From Isurus oxyrinchus (lineage: Eukaryota): a stretch of 64,000 nucleotides of DNA. The stretch lies in assembly GCA_026770705.1 (NCBI GenBank), contig JANJGN010000014.1, positions 126,356,001 through 126,420,000 of the forward strand, read 5' to 3'. Shown here one piece after another: positions 51,516 through 63,568 of this stretch (positions within the stretch are counted from its first letter, which is position 1; every line of letters starts with the position of its first letter). Both the position numbers and the translations under genes were made by a program. The notes beneath the pieces are model-generated. The model saw only the letters and a program-made list of their open reading frames with translations, made no database searches and had not been told where the DNA came from.

Positions 51516-52480
51516 TGTGAAGGTTAATGTGAACGGTGATGTGGAGAATAAAGGGTTAATGTGATTACTATGGACTATAAAGTGAGTTATGCTTGTGAAA
51601 GCTGTTCCCTTTGCTGTATTTTTCCGTAACCTTTAGCTTGCACACTTAGCCTGTCTTTTCCAGATGTGTTTTGCTAGAGATGAAGTCACTGTAGCTGATA
51701 AGCTGTTTTTGAGCTGTTTTTTGCTTTTCTTATCTTCTATACTTTCCCACTAGCTTGCAGACAAAACATGCCTGACCAGCTTTAGCTATATTGTGTATAA
51801 ATGTATGTTATTGTACCTGCTATTTGAGGGATTCTGTAGCTGAATCTTTCCCCTGCATATTCAAAATAAAGATTTCCTAACATTAACCAACTTCGGACAC
51901 TAAGTGGCATATGCCTAAGCAACTTGGTGTCACAACCAAGGTCCATTGACAGATCCAGTTAAAGGAAAGACCCTATGGACAGCAGGCGCTTAAGTGAATA
52001 TCGTTTATTCTATACCACCTGTGTTCAGTTAGGTCTGACTGACCACTGGGGCCTCCTTGGAACCTCAGGGGTCACAAACTTTTGAATAGAGTTGGAGTGG
52101 CAGAAGGTAAGAGGGAAAAGGTCAAGAATAATGATGTGAGACAACGTTATGTAGGGTATCACCGACAGCTGGCAAACAGCTGGGGGAGGGGGGAGGGACG
52201 AGCAGGTGGGAATACTTAAATAGTGTTCCCAAAGGTGAACAGCTTTGTGCATAGTATCACCGGCAGCTGACAGAAAGCTGGAGGAAGAGGGCAAAACGGG
52301 TACCTCTTTAAGGTGAAGAGCCTCACGATTGTTAGTCACCCAGACAGGGTCATGGTGGGAATAATTAACGGGTATTCCCAAAGATGAAGAGCCTTGTGTA
52401 TAGGGTCGACCAAAGAAGAGACAGGTTGCAAGCACAAGGCAGGCAAGAGCCAGTCGTGTTACTGAACATAACCTGAAAGT

Positions 52481-53815
52481 ATGGCAGTTAAGCAGGTGGG
52501 CCCTCAGGAGCCCATCACTGAATACCTGCTAGGCAAATATGCAAAAGTAAAGAATAATATGATAAAGGATGACTGGATCCCTGAGTGGATCACAGACCAT
52601 CTAAAGGATCAGTGGCAAAAACGAGTGAAGGGCAAGACGGAAGAGGGAATTGTGGCCCCGCACCATGCACACATGAAGTTGTGCGAATGAGCAGCGTGGC
52701 TTGTGGAACCTAGAAGGAAAGTTAGCTGAGGCCAAAAAGGCAGGTGCGCAATGCGCAGCAGTTATCAGCAGCAGGGGACCTGAGAAGAAGGAGGGCAGTG
52801 ATAATGGAAGATTGGTTGGGATTAGTTAGAGCAAGAAGCTCTGGAATGGGGCAATGGGGCCAGGCTGAGGGCCTGTCAGAATATTACCCTGGGGAAGATT
52901 CAGGGAGCCCCTTTGAGGATTCAGAGGAAGGAACTAAGGGAACAGCTGCCACACTAAGGAAGGGTAGATGCCACTGGATGGCTAAGGCCGCTCCTAAAGA
53001 AATTAGAACAAGGCAAGCATCAGATGAGGCAGGGCAGAGGATACAATTGACCACCTCAGTCCATTTCCATTCACCCCAGGGGAATAACAATTAATGTTGA
53101 GTGATTTAGCGCCACTGTAGGTGGCATTTTGGAATACTGAATTTTGGAACATGATAGAGGGAGTGACAGATGTTGATCAAATGGACGTAGACATACTGGT
53201 AAAATCAAAGTGTCCCCGCGATGTAGGGGAGAGGTGCCAGCCAGGTAGACAGGCCAGCAGATGGGCAACAGTTGCCAACTGCACAAATGAACCAAAGTAT
53301 CAGGTCTTTAAGACAGCCATCACAGGCCAGCTTGGGGGAGGACAAAGTAACTGGGGAGCAATAGCAGTTGTCACCCAGAAAGCTGGGGAAAGTACGACCG
53401 AGTACATAGAAGTTCAGGGCATATGAGGAGTTCTCGGGGCTTCCAAACCTGGGCAGGTGTGATGCAGTATTCCTGAAAATGCTGAAGGAAGGTCTCAGTG
53501 GGACTCACCAAGTTATACTGGGAATGGGAATTCTGGTAGGAAACATGTATACCGCCGTGGTGAGCTGGGTGAGTGAGGTGGATAGGAAGTGAAAGAAGAA
53601 GATGGTAGTGGCTGCAGTTGGAGGGAATGAAAGATGGTTGCTTTAACTGTGCTAAACCAGGGCACATGGCCCAGTATTGCCACAGTGCTAAAGGCAAGGC
53701 AGGTCAGGGGAAAGGCAAGTCTGCAGTGGAGTGCAAGAACTGTGGGGAGGTAGGCCGCATGAAACAGCAGTGTTATGCGAATGGAGGAGATTGCGAGGGG
53801 CAGGCCCCTTGGTAA
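52481..53815 (+). pseudogene. ERV gag (frameshifted)
   Basis: MHR-like VTQKAGESTTEY; two zinc knuckles CFNCAKPGHMAQYC and CKNCGEVGRMKQQC (second has H replaced by R). Confidence 0.85.
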
Positions 53816-53974
53816 TGGGATCAGGGTAAGGAGCAGGGGGTGGGATGCCATCGGTCCCATTCCTCGCCTCTGAACAAATGCTGGACATAATCAAACTGGT
53901 CTCAAAAACAGACAATTAGGTTACCTCAGCCCCCTCAGGCAGCTCGAGCGATTCCTGAATGTTAGCAGCAGCAC

Positions 53975-55045
53975 TGTCAGGGGGCCGGCAGTGTAGGATG
54001 TTGGTGGATACTGGAGTATATTTATTGATCACCGACCAACCGCTACCAACTACTAATATAACCATGTATATAACTGGGGTGGGGGAAGATCAGTTAAAGC
54101 AAGAAGGAGTGAGTCTCAGCGATTAGGATTAGGGGGAATATTAATACCACTCCATTTCTGGGTATGCCTGAATAATAAAGGGTCAATATTAGGAATTGAT
54201 ATGTTGAGGGAAGCAATCCTGAATGGGGGAAAGGTATCTGGCGTTGTAGACGAGTTGCAGTGAAGCACAGCCAATGACCAAAAGCAGTAACACAACATGC
54301 CACATGGGTGACACCCAAAACGCAGGATTGTTCAGGTGAGGGGATGTACGAGTTTGTTTGCTCCAGTTCCCCAAAGTAACAGTACTGTGGGAGAGCTGAC
54401 ATTCCATCCATACCATGAAAGTGTGGGCCATCGTCCGCACAAGCAGTACGCTATCAAATCAGAAACTGATGGTTCAGGCGAGAGTACAGGATTTATTAAC
54501 CGTGGGCATAATAAGGGGAACTACATGTATGTTCCATTCAACTGTATCACCTATCAGGAAGCTGGATGGCACCTGGTGATGTATAATAGGTTACACGCTT
54601 TTTAAAAATGTATACCCAAACTGCACCCGAGCGTGGCCAGACCGGCCACAATATCAAATGGGCTAAACCCAGAGCACAAGGTATTTACAGTTTCAGATAT
54701 TTCACTCGGAATCACAAGTTAGATTTGCATTTACTGTAGGAGGTAATCAGTATACATGGACCCGGTTGCTGCAAGGGTTCCACAGCAGCCCATTCATATT
54801 TCATCAGGCCATGGTTCAGGCCCTAGCTGGTATAGATTTAACTCTGTACAAGAGTACAGTATTACAGTACGAGGATGACTTTCTGATTGCATCTACCCCG
54901 GGGTGGGGACACTGTGGAGCACAGGTGCATACGGTGCAGCCCCTATACTGATGGGGATATAAATCAGTCCAACTAAAGCACAGGTTTTTTGGGGAAACTT
55001 GCATTACCTGAGCACACAATCACTCAGCGACATAAGGCATTGACA
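53975..55045 (+). pseudogene. ERV protease + reverse transcriptase (disrupted)
   Basis: MLVDTG near 54000; PIRKLDGTW; FAFTVGGNQYTWTRLLQGFHSSPFIFHQ; VLQYEDDFLIAS. Confidence 0.88.
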
Positions 55046-55054
55046 GGTGATGTC

Positions 55055-56150
55055 ATTTAGGAGTTTGAGGACAGCTCTCACTCAGCGGTCATGTTCTACC
55101 TTCAAGTAACTGTGTATGACAATGAGTGTCCATATGGCATATTACTCCTTCCAGAACTATCAGGGTTTCAGGCACCTTTCTTTGGATTATCTCAGGTTCA
55201 GAAGCAATTCCGAATGGTTACTTGTTAAAACAATAATGACCAAATGTGGTGATAAAAGTAGCTAACAATCTGGATTCTTTGTCCAGAGACAATTGCCAAA
55301 AGATGCTTTTAGCGTCCACGTTAGTGAGGAAGGAGCTTTTTGCTAATTTAGAGAGACATTCATCCACTGATGCCATCAGGGGTATCTCGTACTGCACAGA
55401 CTTGTTTAATTGAGCCAATTACCTGATTCTAATTGAACCATAAGACTTTGGTACTGTGAACAGTACAGGGCACCACTTCATCAGTCTGATTACTGGAGAG
55501 TTGACCCCTTGTGTTAGCATCTGTTCAATCTCTCGTGACTTTTTCTGAGAATAGGTTACAGACCTTTGTCACTGTGAAGAGATATATTGGCTTAGCAATC
55601 TACTTTTAGGGTTCTGAGATATTCTGTTATCAATTTCCTAAGCCTGAAGATAGGGATGGAAATTCATTCCCGATGAATACCTCATTAGGCTGCTCATCAC
55701 CAATTTCATCAACTTTGTAAAGAAACCTCAGTTGCAAACATGCTGATCTGCTCAGTAACAATGACTCCCAGATGTTTATCACATACAAGGGTTCCACAAT
55801 TTCTTTATGCTTCCATCATAATCTTGCCAAGTATTGGCCTATTATTTTTAGTGATGCCCCTCTTGGACCTTACAACTGGAGGATGGCTGTAATGTGATAT
55901 TGTTAAGCAATTCACTTCATCAGTTAACACTGAAACACCTGCGCCAGTGTCTACCTTGAAATCTGTGGGGTGATCATCAACTTGTAATTTTGTGCTCCAA
56001 AAATTATTTTCTGCTTCATGCTTCATTAATGTCTCCCAAGAAGGACACTTGTTTCTTCTGTGGCTCTTGTTGGATTTGACTTTGTTCCATTGTTATCTCT
56101 TTCTTTCCTTGAGCTATAGGAAAATTGGATCTGCAGATGACTTGGGCAAG
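55055..56150 (-). pseudogene. Gypsy gag-end/protease/RT fragment (paralogues at about 57345-58620, 59440-60810, 61630-62120, 62940-64000)
   Basis: VICRS...FLGDI...FWSTKLQVDDHPTDFKVDTGAGVSVL; SVDECLSKLAKSSFLTNVDAKSIFWQLSLDKESRLLATFITTFGHYCFNK.PFGI. Confidence 0.9.
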
Positions 56151-56200
56151 TCTCGGTTTATGTTGGCTATTGAAGTATCAAGGTGTCACGCTCTGTGTGA

Positions 56201-56258
56201 GGGGATATAGCTCAGTGGCAGAGCATTTGACTACAGATTCAAATCCAGGTGTTCCCCT
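56201..56258 (+). pseudogene. tRNA-Cys pseudogene (internal deletion)
   Basis: GGGGATATAGCTCAGTGGCAGAGCATTTGACTACAGAT, then jumps to TCAAATCCAGGTGTTCCCCT. Confidence 0.85.
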
Positions 56259-56546
56259 ATTTTCATAAGCAATGTGGAAAAGATCTATACTTTCCATTAT
56301 ACAGCATGGGTGAATCCTTCAGATTTCTGTGAACCATTGAAATTGTCCAGCCCAGATGGCTGTGGAGGCTCAATTATTGAGGTGGAAAGATTTCTAGATG
56401 CCAATGACATCTAGTTAGTGCAGGACATTGGTAGTAAGGGAGAAAGTCAGCCATGATATTGTTAAATGACAGTCCAGCTTTGAGAGTCTGAATGGGATTC
56501 CCCGATGACTGCTGTTGAAAAGTTCTAGGTTAATACTGTCATGTAA

Positions 56547-56617
56547 GGGGGTGTAGCTTAGTGTAGAGTACTTGATTACAGTTGTAAGTGTATTTGGTTC
56601 AAATCCATGTGCCTCTT
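56547..56617 (+). pseudogene. Decayed tRNA-Cys copy, slot B (paralogues at about 59047, 61240, 62550)
   Basis: GGGGGTGTAGCTTAGTGTAGAG...GGTTCAAATCCATGTGCCTCTT aligns to tRNA-Cys. Confidence 0.75.
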
Positions 56618-56860
56618 TGTAAATGCCTGTGTGGAATGTTTACAACTTCCTTTCTCCAAAATTCAGAGGAATGATCAACAATTTCAACACTGATCAAGGG
56701 CATTCCAGTCCATTCTTCTGCCTCCTGAGCAGAGTGATCAAATTCATCCCAGTCACTTCCTATTTACCCCTTGTCCTATAAATTATTCTAATTTTATTAC
56801 ATGTCCAATCCTCGCTTGAAATCTGCTCTTGAGCTCTTCAAAGAGCAAGTGATCATGGAA

Positions 56861-56930
56861 GGTTGTGCAGATCAGTGGAAGAGCATTTGACTATAGTTTA
56901 AGAGGTCCTGTGTTCAAATTCCAAAGCCCA
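56861..56930 (+). pseudogene. Decayed tRNA-Cys copy, slot C (paralogues at about 59368, 61563, 62871)
   Basis: CAGATCAGTGGAAGAGCATTTGACTATAGTTTAAGAGGTCCTGTGTTCAAAT; the 3' end runs into Gypsy sequence. Confidence 0.75.
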
Positions 56931-58677
56931 TTTGGTTAAACCAACCTACATCCACAGTGAAAGCTGTGAACACATTGCTCTACTCATCTTGCACAGGAAC
57001 AACCAGAGAATTCTGTGAAAATGAGGGCATTCCCATCCAATTTGTTGGGGTTAGGTTCTTTAACAGAGATATCCCATTCAGTTTCATCCATTGTGTTTTC
57101 CTCTTGTCCAGGAAATTATTCCCCTTTCGGTATTTGTACACATCTCGCTTAAAATCTGTATTCGGCCTAATATGTCTCGTTCGAATCCAGGTGGCTCTTT
57201 GTAAATACATGGGAAGAATGTTAATAATTTCCTTTATCCAAAATTCAGAGAAATGATCAAAAATTTCAACATTGATCAAGGCATTCCAGTCCATTCTGCT
57301 GAATTCTGGCTACTGAGCAGAGAAATCAAATTCATCCTAGTCAACTCAACACGCACAATAACAAGCAGAGAATTCTGTGAAAATGAAGGCATTCTTTTCC
57401 ATTGTGTTGGTGTTTGGCTCTTTAGCAGAGGTGTCCCATTCAGCTCTATCCATTGTGCTTTCCTCTTGCCCAGGAAATTATTCTCCTTTAGGTATTTGTA
57501 CAAACATGTCTTGAAGTCTGTATATGGCTGAAGAGTTTTATCGCAAGTTTTGCGAATTCACATTTGTCATTCAATTTAAATCTGCTTCTTGTAGGACATT
57601 GAGGACTGCTCTCATTCGATGGTCTCGTTCTTCCTTCGAGAAACTGTAAATGAGAATGTTATGCATATTGATTATTACTCCTTCCATAACTTCCAGGATC
57701 TGAAGAATCAGTCCTTGGATTATCTCAGGTGCAGAAGCAAATCCGAATGGTTACTTACTGAAACAACAATGATGAAAAGTGGTGATAGAATTAGTTGACT
57801 ATATGGATTCTTTGTCCAGAGGCAACTGCCAAAAGATTCTTTTAGCATCCAAGTTGGTGAGAAGGAAGCTTGTTTGCTAATTTGGAGAGACATTCATCCA
57901 CTGATGCATCGGGGATATCACCTGCTCTATTGACTTGTTTAATTAAGCCAAGTTACCTGATTCTAATTGAACCATTAGACTTTATATTGTGAAAATTCCA
58001 GGACTCCATTTCATCTGCCTGGTTACTGGATAGATGACCCCTTGTGTTATCATGTGTTTAATTTCACTATTGACATTTTCTGATTTCTTGCTGCGAAGAG
58101 AAATATTGCCATATCAATCGGCATTTAGTGATATTCTGCTTTCAGCTCTCCAAAGGCTGAAAACAGGGACGGAAATTCATTCCTCATGAATATTTCATTT
58201 GGCTGCTAATCACCAATTTCATCAACCTTGAAAATGAACCTCAGTTGCAAACAAGATGATCTGCTCAGTAATGATGACACCTGGATGTTTATCATGTACA
58301 AGGTTTGCAGAATTTATTTATGTTTCCATCTTAATCTTGCCAAGTGTTGTTCTTCCTGGACCATGTAACTGGAGAATGTCTGTAATGTGATATTGTTAAG
58401 CCATTCACTTCATCAGTTAACATTGAAATACCTGTGCCAGTGCCCACCTTGAAATCTCTGGGGTGATCATCAACTTGTAATTTGGTGCTCAAAAAATATC
58501 TTCTGCTTCATTAAGCCCTCCGAAGAAGAACATTAGTTTCTTCTGTGGCTCTTCCACCTCTTGGTTTGGCTTGTTTCCGTTGGTATCTGTAATCTATGAG
58601 AACATTGCATCTGCAAACTATTGCCCAATCACAATTCCTGCCGCTACTGACCTTTCAAGGTGTCAATGTCATTGTCA

Positions 58678-58749
58678 GGGGATGTAGCTCAGTGATAGAT
58701 CATTTGGCTGCAGATAAAGAGGTCTTTGGTTCAACTCCAAGTATCCCCT
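58678..58749 (+). tRNA. tRNA-Cys(GCA), probably pseudogenised
   Basis: Full length with GCA anticodon, but mismatches in the D stem (GCTC/GATC), the D loop GG and the anticodon stem. Confidence 0.6.
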
Positions 58750-60863
58750 GCCTTTCATAAGGAATGTGTGTATGCTTTCCTTTATCCAGCATGGATGAAC
58801 CTTTGGAATTTTTGTGAACCTTGGAATCATCCAGCCCAGAGGGTTGTGCTATCACAGTGAACGAGGTTGATAGATTTCTTGATTCCAATGACATCAAGTG
58901 ACATAGGTTTAGTGTGGGAAATGAGCAGTAAGATAGAAAGACAGCCATGATATCATTAATTATCCGTCCAGCCTACAGAGTTTGAAGGTGTGCCCCCTGC
59001 TCCTATGTCTGCTTTTGAAATTTTCAACTTTAATACAGTCAAGTAAAAGAGTGTAGATCAGTCATAAAGTATTTGCCTGTAGATTAAAATATGTCTTGTA
59101 CAAATCCAGGTGCCTCTTTGTAAATGCATGTGAAGAATGTTTACAATTTCCTTTATCCATAATTCAGAGAAATGATCAAAAGCTTCATCTTTGATCAAGG
59201 CATTCCAGTCCATTCTGCTGACTTCTGGCTCCTGAGCAGAGTGATCAAATTCGTCCCAGTCATTTCCATTTTACCCCTCGCCCTGTACATTATTCTCTTT
59301 TTAGCATATGTCCAATCATCTCTTGAAATCTGCTCTTTAGCTCTTCAAGGACCAAGTGATCATGTAAAGTGGTGCAGATCAGTCGTATTGCATTTGACTG
59401 TAGTTTCAGTGGTCCTTTGTTCAAATTCCAAAGTCCATCTGGTTAAACCAACCTACATCCACAGAAGTGAAAGCTGTGAACACATTGCTCAACTCAACAT
59501 GCTCAGGAACAACCAGAGCATTCTGTGAAAATGAAGGTATTCTCTTCCATAGTGTTGGTGTTTGGCTCTTTAGCAGAGATGTGCCATTCAGCTCCATCCA
59601 TTGTGCTTTCCTCTTGCCCAGGAAATTATTCTCCTTTAGGTTTTTATACAAAAAAGTCTTGAAGTCTGTATGTGGCTGAAGAGTTTTATCGCAAGTTTTG
59701 CAAATTCACATTTTTCATTCAATTTAAAACTGCTTCTTGTAGGACATTGAGGACAGCTCTCATTCAATAGTCTTGTTCTTCCTTCGAGAAACTGTAAATG
59801 AGAATGTTGCACATATTGATTATTACTCCTTCCATAACTTCCAGGATCTGAAGCATCGGTCCTTGGATTATCTCAGATGCAGAAGCAAATCCAAATGGTT
59901 ACCTGTTGAAACAACAATGACAAAAAGTAGTGATAAAATTAGTTGACAATCTGGATTGTTTGTCCAGAGGCAACCACCAAAAGATGCTTTTAGCATCCAA
60001 GTTGGTGAGAAGGGAGCTTGTTTGCTAATTTGGAGAGACAATCATCCACTGATGCATCGGGAATATGACCCGCTCTATTGACTTGTTTAGTTGAGCCAAG
60101 TTGCCTGATTCTAATTGAACCAATAGACTTTGGTATTGTGAACATTCCAGGACTCCACTTCATCTGACTGATTACTGGATAAAAGACCCCTTGTGTTATC
60201 ATGTGTTTAATTTCACTGTTGACATTTTCTGAGAGTGGTTTATGGAGCTTTCTTGTTGCGAAGAGAAATATTGCCATATCAATCGGCATTTAGACTTTAG
60301 TGATATTCTGCTTTCAGTTTTCCAAAGGCTGAAAACAGGGATGGAAATTCATTCCTCATGAATATTTCATTTGGCTGCTAATCACCAATTTCATCAAACT
60401 TGCAAATGAACCTCAGTTGCAAACAAGATGATCTGCTTAGTAATGATGACACCTGGATGTTTAGCATGTACAAGATTTGCAGAATTTCTTTATGTTCCCA
60501 TTTTAATCTTGCCAAGTGTTGTCCTTCCTGGACCATGTGACTGGAGAATGTCTGTAATGTGATATTTTTAAGCAATTCGCATCATCAGTTAACACTGAAA
60601 CACCCGTGTCAGTGCCCACTTTGAAATCTCTGGGGTGACCAGCAACTTGTAATTTCGTGCCCAAAAAATTATCCTCTGCTTCATTAAGCCCTCCCAAGAA
60701 GAACATTAGTTTCTTCTGTGGCTCTTCCACCTCTTGGTTTGACTTGTTTCTGTCGGTATCTCTTTCTTCCTGTAATCTGTAAGAATATTGAATCTGCAGA
60801 CTATTGGCCCGAATCTCAATTCCTATCCACTATTGAACTTTCAAGGTGTCAATGTCATCATCA

Positions 60864-60933
60864 GGGGATGAAGCTCAGTGGTAGATCATTTGACTGCAGA
60901 TCAAGAGGTCCTTAGTTCAACTCAGTATCCTCT
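60864..60933 (+). pseudogene. tRNA-Cys(GCA) pseudogene
   Basis: Anticodon arm intact; T stem has a 2-nt deletion and U8 is changed. Confidence 0.8.
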
Positions 60934-62172
60934 GCTGTTAATGAGAAATGTTTGTAAGTGTGTATGCTTTCCTTTATCCAGCATGGATGAACCATTGGAT
61001 TTTTTGTGAAACTTAGGTATCGTCCAGCCCAGTGGGATGTGGAGGCTCAGTCAATGAGGTTGATAGAGTTCTTGATTCCAATGACATCAAGGGACAAGGG
61101 GTTAGTGTGGGAAATGAGCAATAAAATAGAAAGACAGCCATGATATCATTAATTATCAGTCCAGGCTACAGAGTTTGAAGGTGTGCCCCCTGCTCCTATG
61201 CCTGCTGTTGAAATTTTCAACTTTAATACAGTCAGGTAAGAGAGTGTAGATTAGTGGAAGAGTATTTGACTGTAGTTGTAAATAAGTCTCATTTGAATCC
61301 AGGTGCCACTTTGTAGATTCATGTGAAGAATGTTTACAATTTCCCTCATCCAAAATTCAGAGAAATAATCAAAAATTGCAACATTGATCAAAGCATTCAA
61401 ATCCATTCTGCTGCCTTCTGGCTTCTGAGCTGAGTGATCAAATTCATCCCAGGCACTTCCATTTTACCCGTCGCCCTATAAATTATTCTCTTTTAAGCAC
61501 ATGTCCAATCATCTTTTGAAATCTGCTCTTTAGCTCTTCAAGGACTGTAAGGACTCATGTAAGATGGTGCAGATCGGTCGTATTGCATTTGACTGTAGTT
61601 TCAGCGGTCCTTTGTTCAAATTCCAAAGTGGTTAAACCACAGAAGTAAAAGCTGTCAACAGGTTTCTAAACTCAACATGCACAGGAACAATCAGAGAATT
61701 CTGAGAAAATGAAGGCATTCTCATCCATTGTGTTGGTGTTTGGCTCTTTAGCAGAGATGTCCCATTCAGCTCTATCCATTGTGCTTTCCACTTGCCCAGT
61801 TTATGTTTCCATCTTATTCTTGCCAAGTGTTGTCCCTCCTGGACCATGCAACTGCAGAATGTCTGCAATGTGATATTGTTAAGCCACTCACTTTATCAGT
61901 TAACACTGAAACACCTGAGCCAGTGCCTAGCTTGAAATCTGTGGGGTGACAATCAACTTGTAATTTTGTGCTCCAAAAATTATTTTCTGCTGCATTAAAC
62001 CATCCCAGAGAACATGTCTTTCTTCTGTGGCTCTTCCACTTCTTGGTTTGACTTCTTTCCGTTGGTATCTCTTTCTTCTTTTAATCTCTAAGAACATTGA
62101 ATCTACAGGCTATTGGCCCAAATCTCGATTCCTGTCTGCTGTTGAACTTTCAAAGCGTCAATGTTATTGTCA

Positions 62173-62244
62173 GGGGATGTAGCTCAGTGGTAGAGCATTT
62201 GACTGCAGATCAAGAGGTCCTTGGTTCAACTCCAAGTATCCCCT
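62173..62244 (+). tRNA. tRNA-Cys(GCA), structurally intact
   Basis: 72 nt. Acceptor GGGGATG/TATCCCC, D stem GCTC/GAGC, anticodon arm TTTGA-CTGCAGA-TCAAG, T arm CTTGG-TTCAACT-CCAAG, U73 discriminator. Only a short T-run follows. Confidence 0.9.
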
Positions 62245-63314
62245 GTCTTTCATAAGAAATGATTGCAAATGTGTATGCTTTCTTTTATCCAGCATGGATG
62301 AACCATTGGAATTTTTGTGAACCTTTGGATTCACCCAGCCCAGAGGGTTGTGCTATCACAGTCAATGAGGTCGATAGATTTCTTGATTCCAATGACATCA
62401 AGGGAGAAGGGGTTAGTGTAGGAAATTGGCAGTAGGATAGAAATACAGCCATGATATCATTAATTATCAGTCCAGGCTACAGAGTTTAAAATGTGCCCCC
62501 TGCTCCTATGTCTGCTCTTGAAATTTTTAACCCTAATACAGTCAAGTAAAAGAGCTTGGATCAGTGATAGAGTATTTGCCTGTAGCTTTAAATATGTCTT
62601 GTTCGAATCGAGATGCCTCTTTGTAAATGCATGTGAAGAATGTGTAGAATTTCCTTTATCCTTAATCCAGAGAAATGATCAAAAACTTCAAGGTTGATCA
62701 AGGCATTCCAGTCCATTCTGCTGACTTCTGGCTCCTGAGCAGAGTGATCAAATTCGTTCCAGTCACTTCCATTTTACCACTTGCCCTGTACGTTATTCTC
62801 TTTTTAGCAAACGTCCAATCATCCCTTGAAATCTGCTCTTTATCTCTTCAAGGACCAAGTGATCATGTAAGGTGGTGCAGATCAGTCGTTTCGCATTTGA
62901 CTGTAGTTTCAGCGGTCCTTTGTTCAGATTCCAAAGTCCGTCTGGTTAAACCAACCTACATCCACAGAAGTGAAAGCTGTGAACACATTGCTCAACTCAA
63001 CATGCACAGGAACAACCAGAGCATTCTGTGAAAATGAAGGCATTACTTTCCATTGTGTTGCTGTTTGGCTCTTTAGCAGAGATGTCCCATTCAGCTATAT
63101 CCATTGTGCTTTCTTCTTGCCCAGGAAATTATTTTCCTTTAACTATATGTATAAGCCTGGCTTGAAGTCTGTATGTGGCCTAAGTATGTTATCGCAGGTT
63201 TTACAAATTCGCATTTGTCATTCAATGTCAACACTGCTTCTTGTAGGATATTGTGGACTGCTCTCATTCGACGGTCATGTCCTTCCTTTGAGAAACTGTA
63301 AACGAGAATGACTG

Positions 63315-63568
63315 TCCTTTTGTCTATGACATCTTTTGGCAATCTCCACTTATCAATGGCACTCTATCCAGCTCAACTGTCCCATTCCGCCTTAAACCAG
63401 CCTATATTTCACCTCTTTTCTATTGTTCCTTAGTTTTGATGAATAGTCATTCACACTCAAAACATTAACCGTATTCCTCTCTGCAGATGCTGTCAGACAT
63501 GCTGACATTTTTCAGTTATTTTTGTTTTTGAACTAGATTTCCAGCATCCGCAGTATTTTGCTTTTATC
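63315..63568 (+). mobile_element. Old PLE pLTR 3' end inside the array unit
   Basis: TTTGATGAA...CTCAAAAC hammerhead remnant, CAGATGCTGTCAGACATGCTG...TTCCAGCATCCGCAG; absent from the other units. Confidence 0.75.

Larger units (their letters stand above)
51516..55045 (+). mobile_element. Endogenous retrovirus, decayed and 3'-truncated (5' LTR-leader-gag-pro-RT)
   Basis: LTR TG(51516)...CA(51921) with TATA-like box near 51795 and AATAAA 51865; degenerate TGG-starting PBS at 51925; gag, protease and RT motifs follow. Confidence 0.9.

Noticed and set aside
51274-51516. ATG start of the 80-aa coiled-coil ORF
   Set aside because: The ATG is created by the first base of the ERV LTR at the insertion junction, so it is not a native start.
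49811-56150. Idea that the Gypsy PR/RT at 55-56 kb and the Gypsy LTR at 49.8-50.1 kb are one element split by the ERV
   Set aside because: Same strand and order, but the ERV lacks a 3' LTR and TSD and the PR/RT piece belongs to the tandem array, so continuity cannot be shown.
56150-56201. Ty3-like targeted integration upstream of tRNA genes
   Set aside because: No LTR or TSD at the junction; the Gypsy is cut inside gag, so this is a rearrangement junction copied by tandem amplification.
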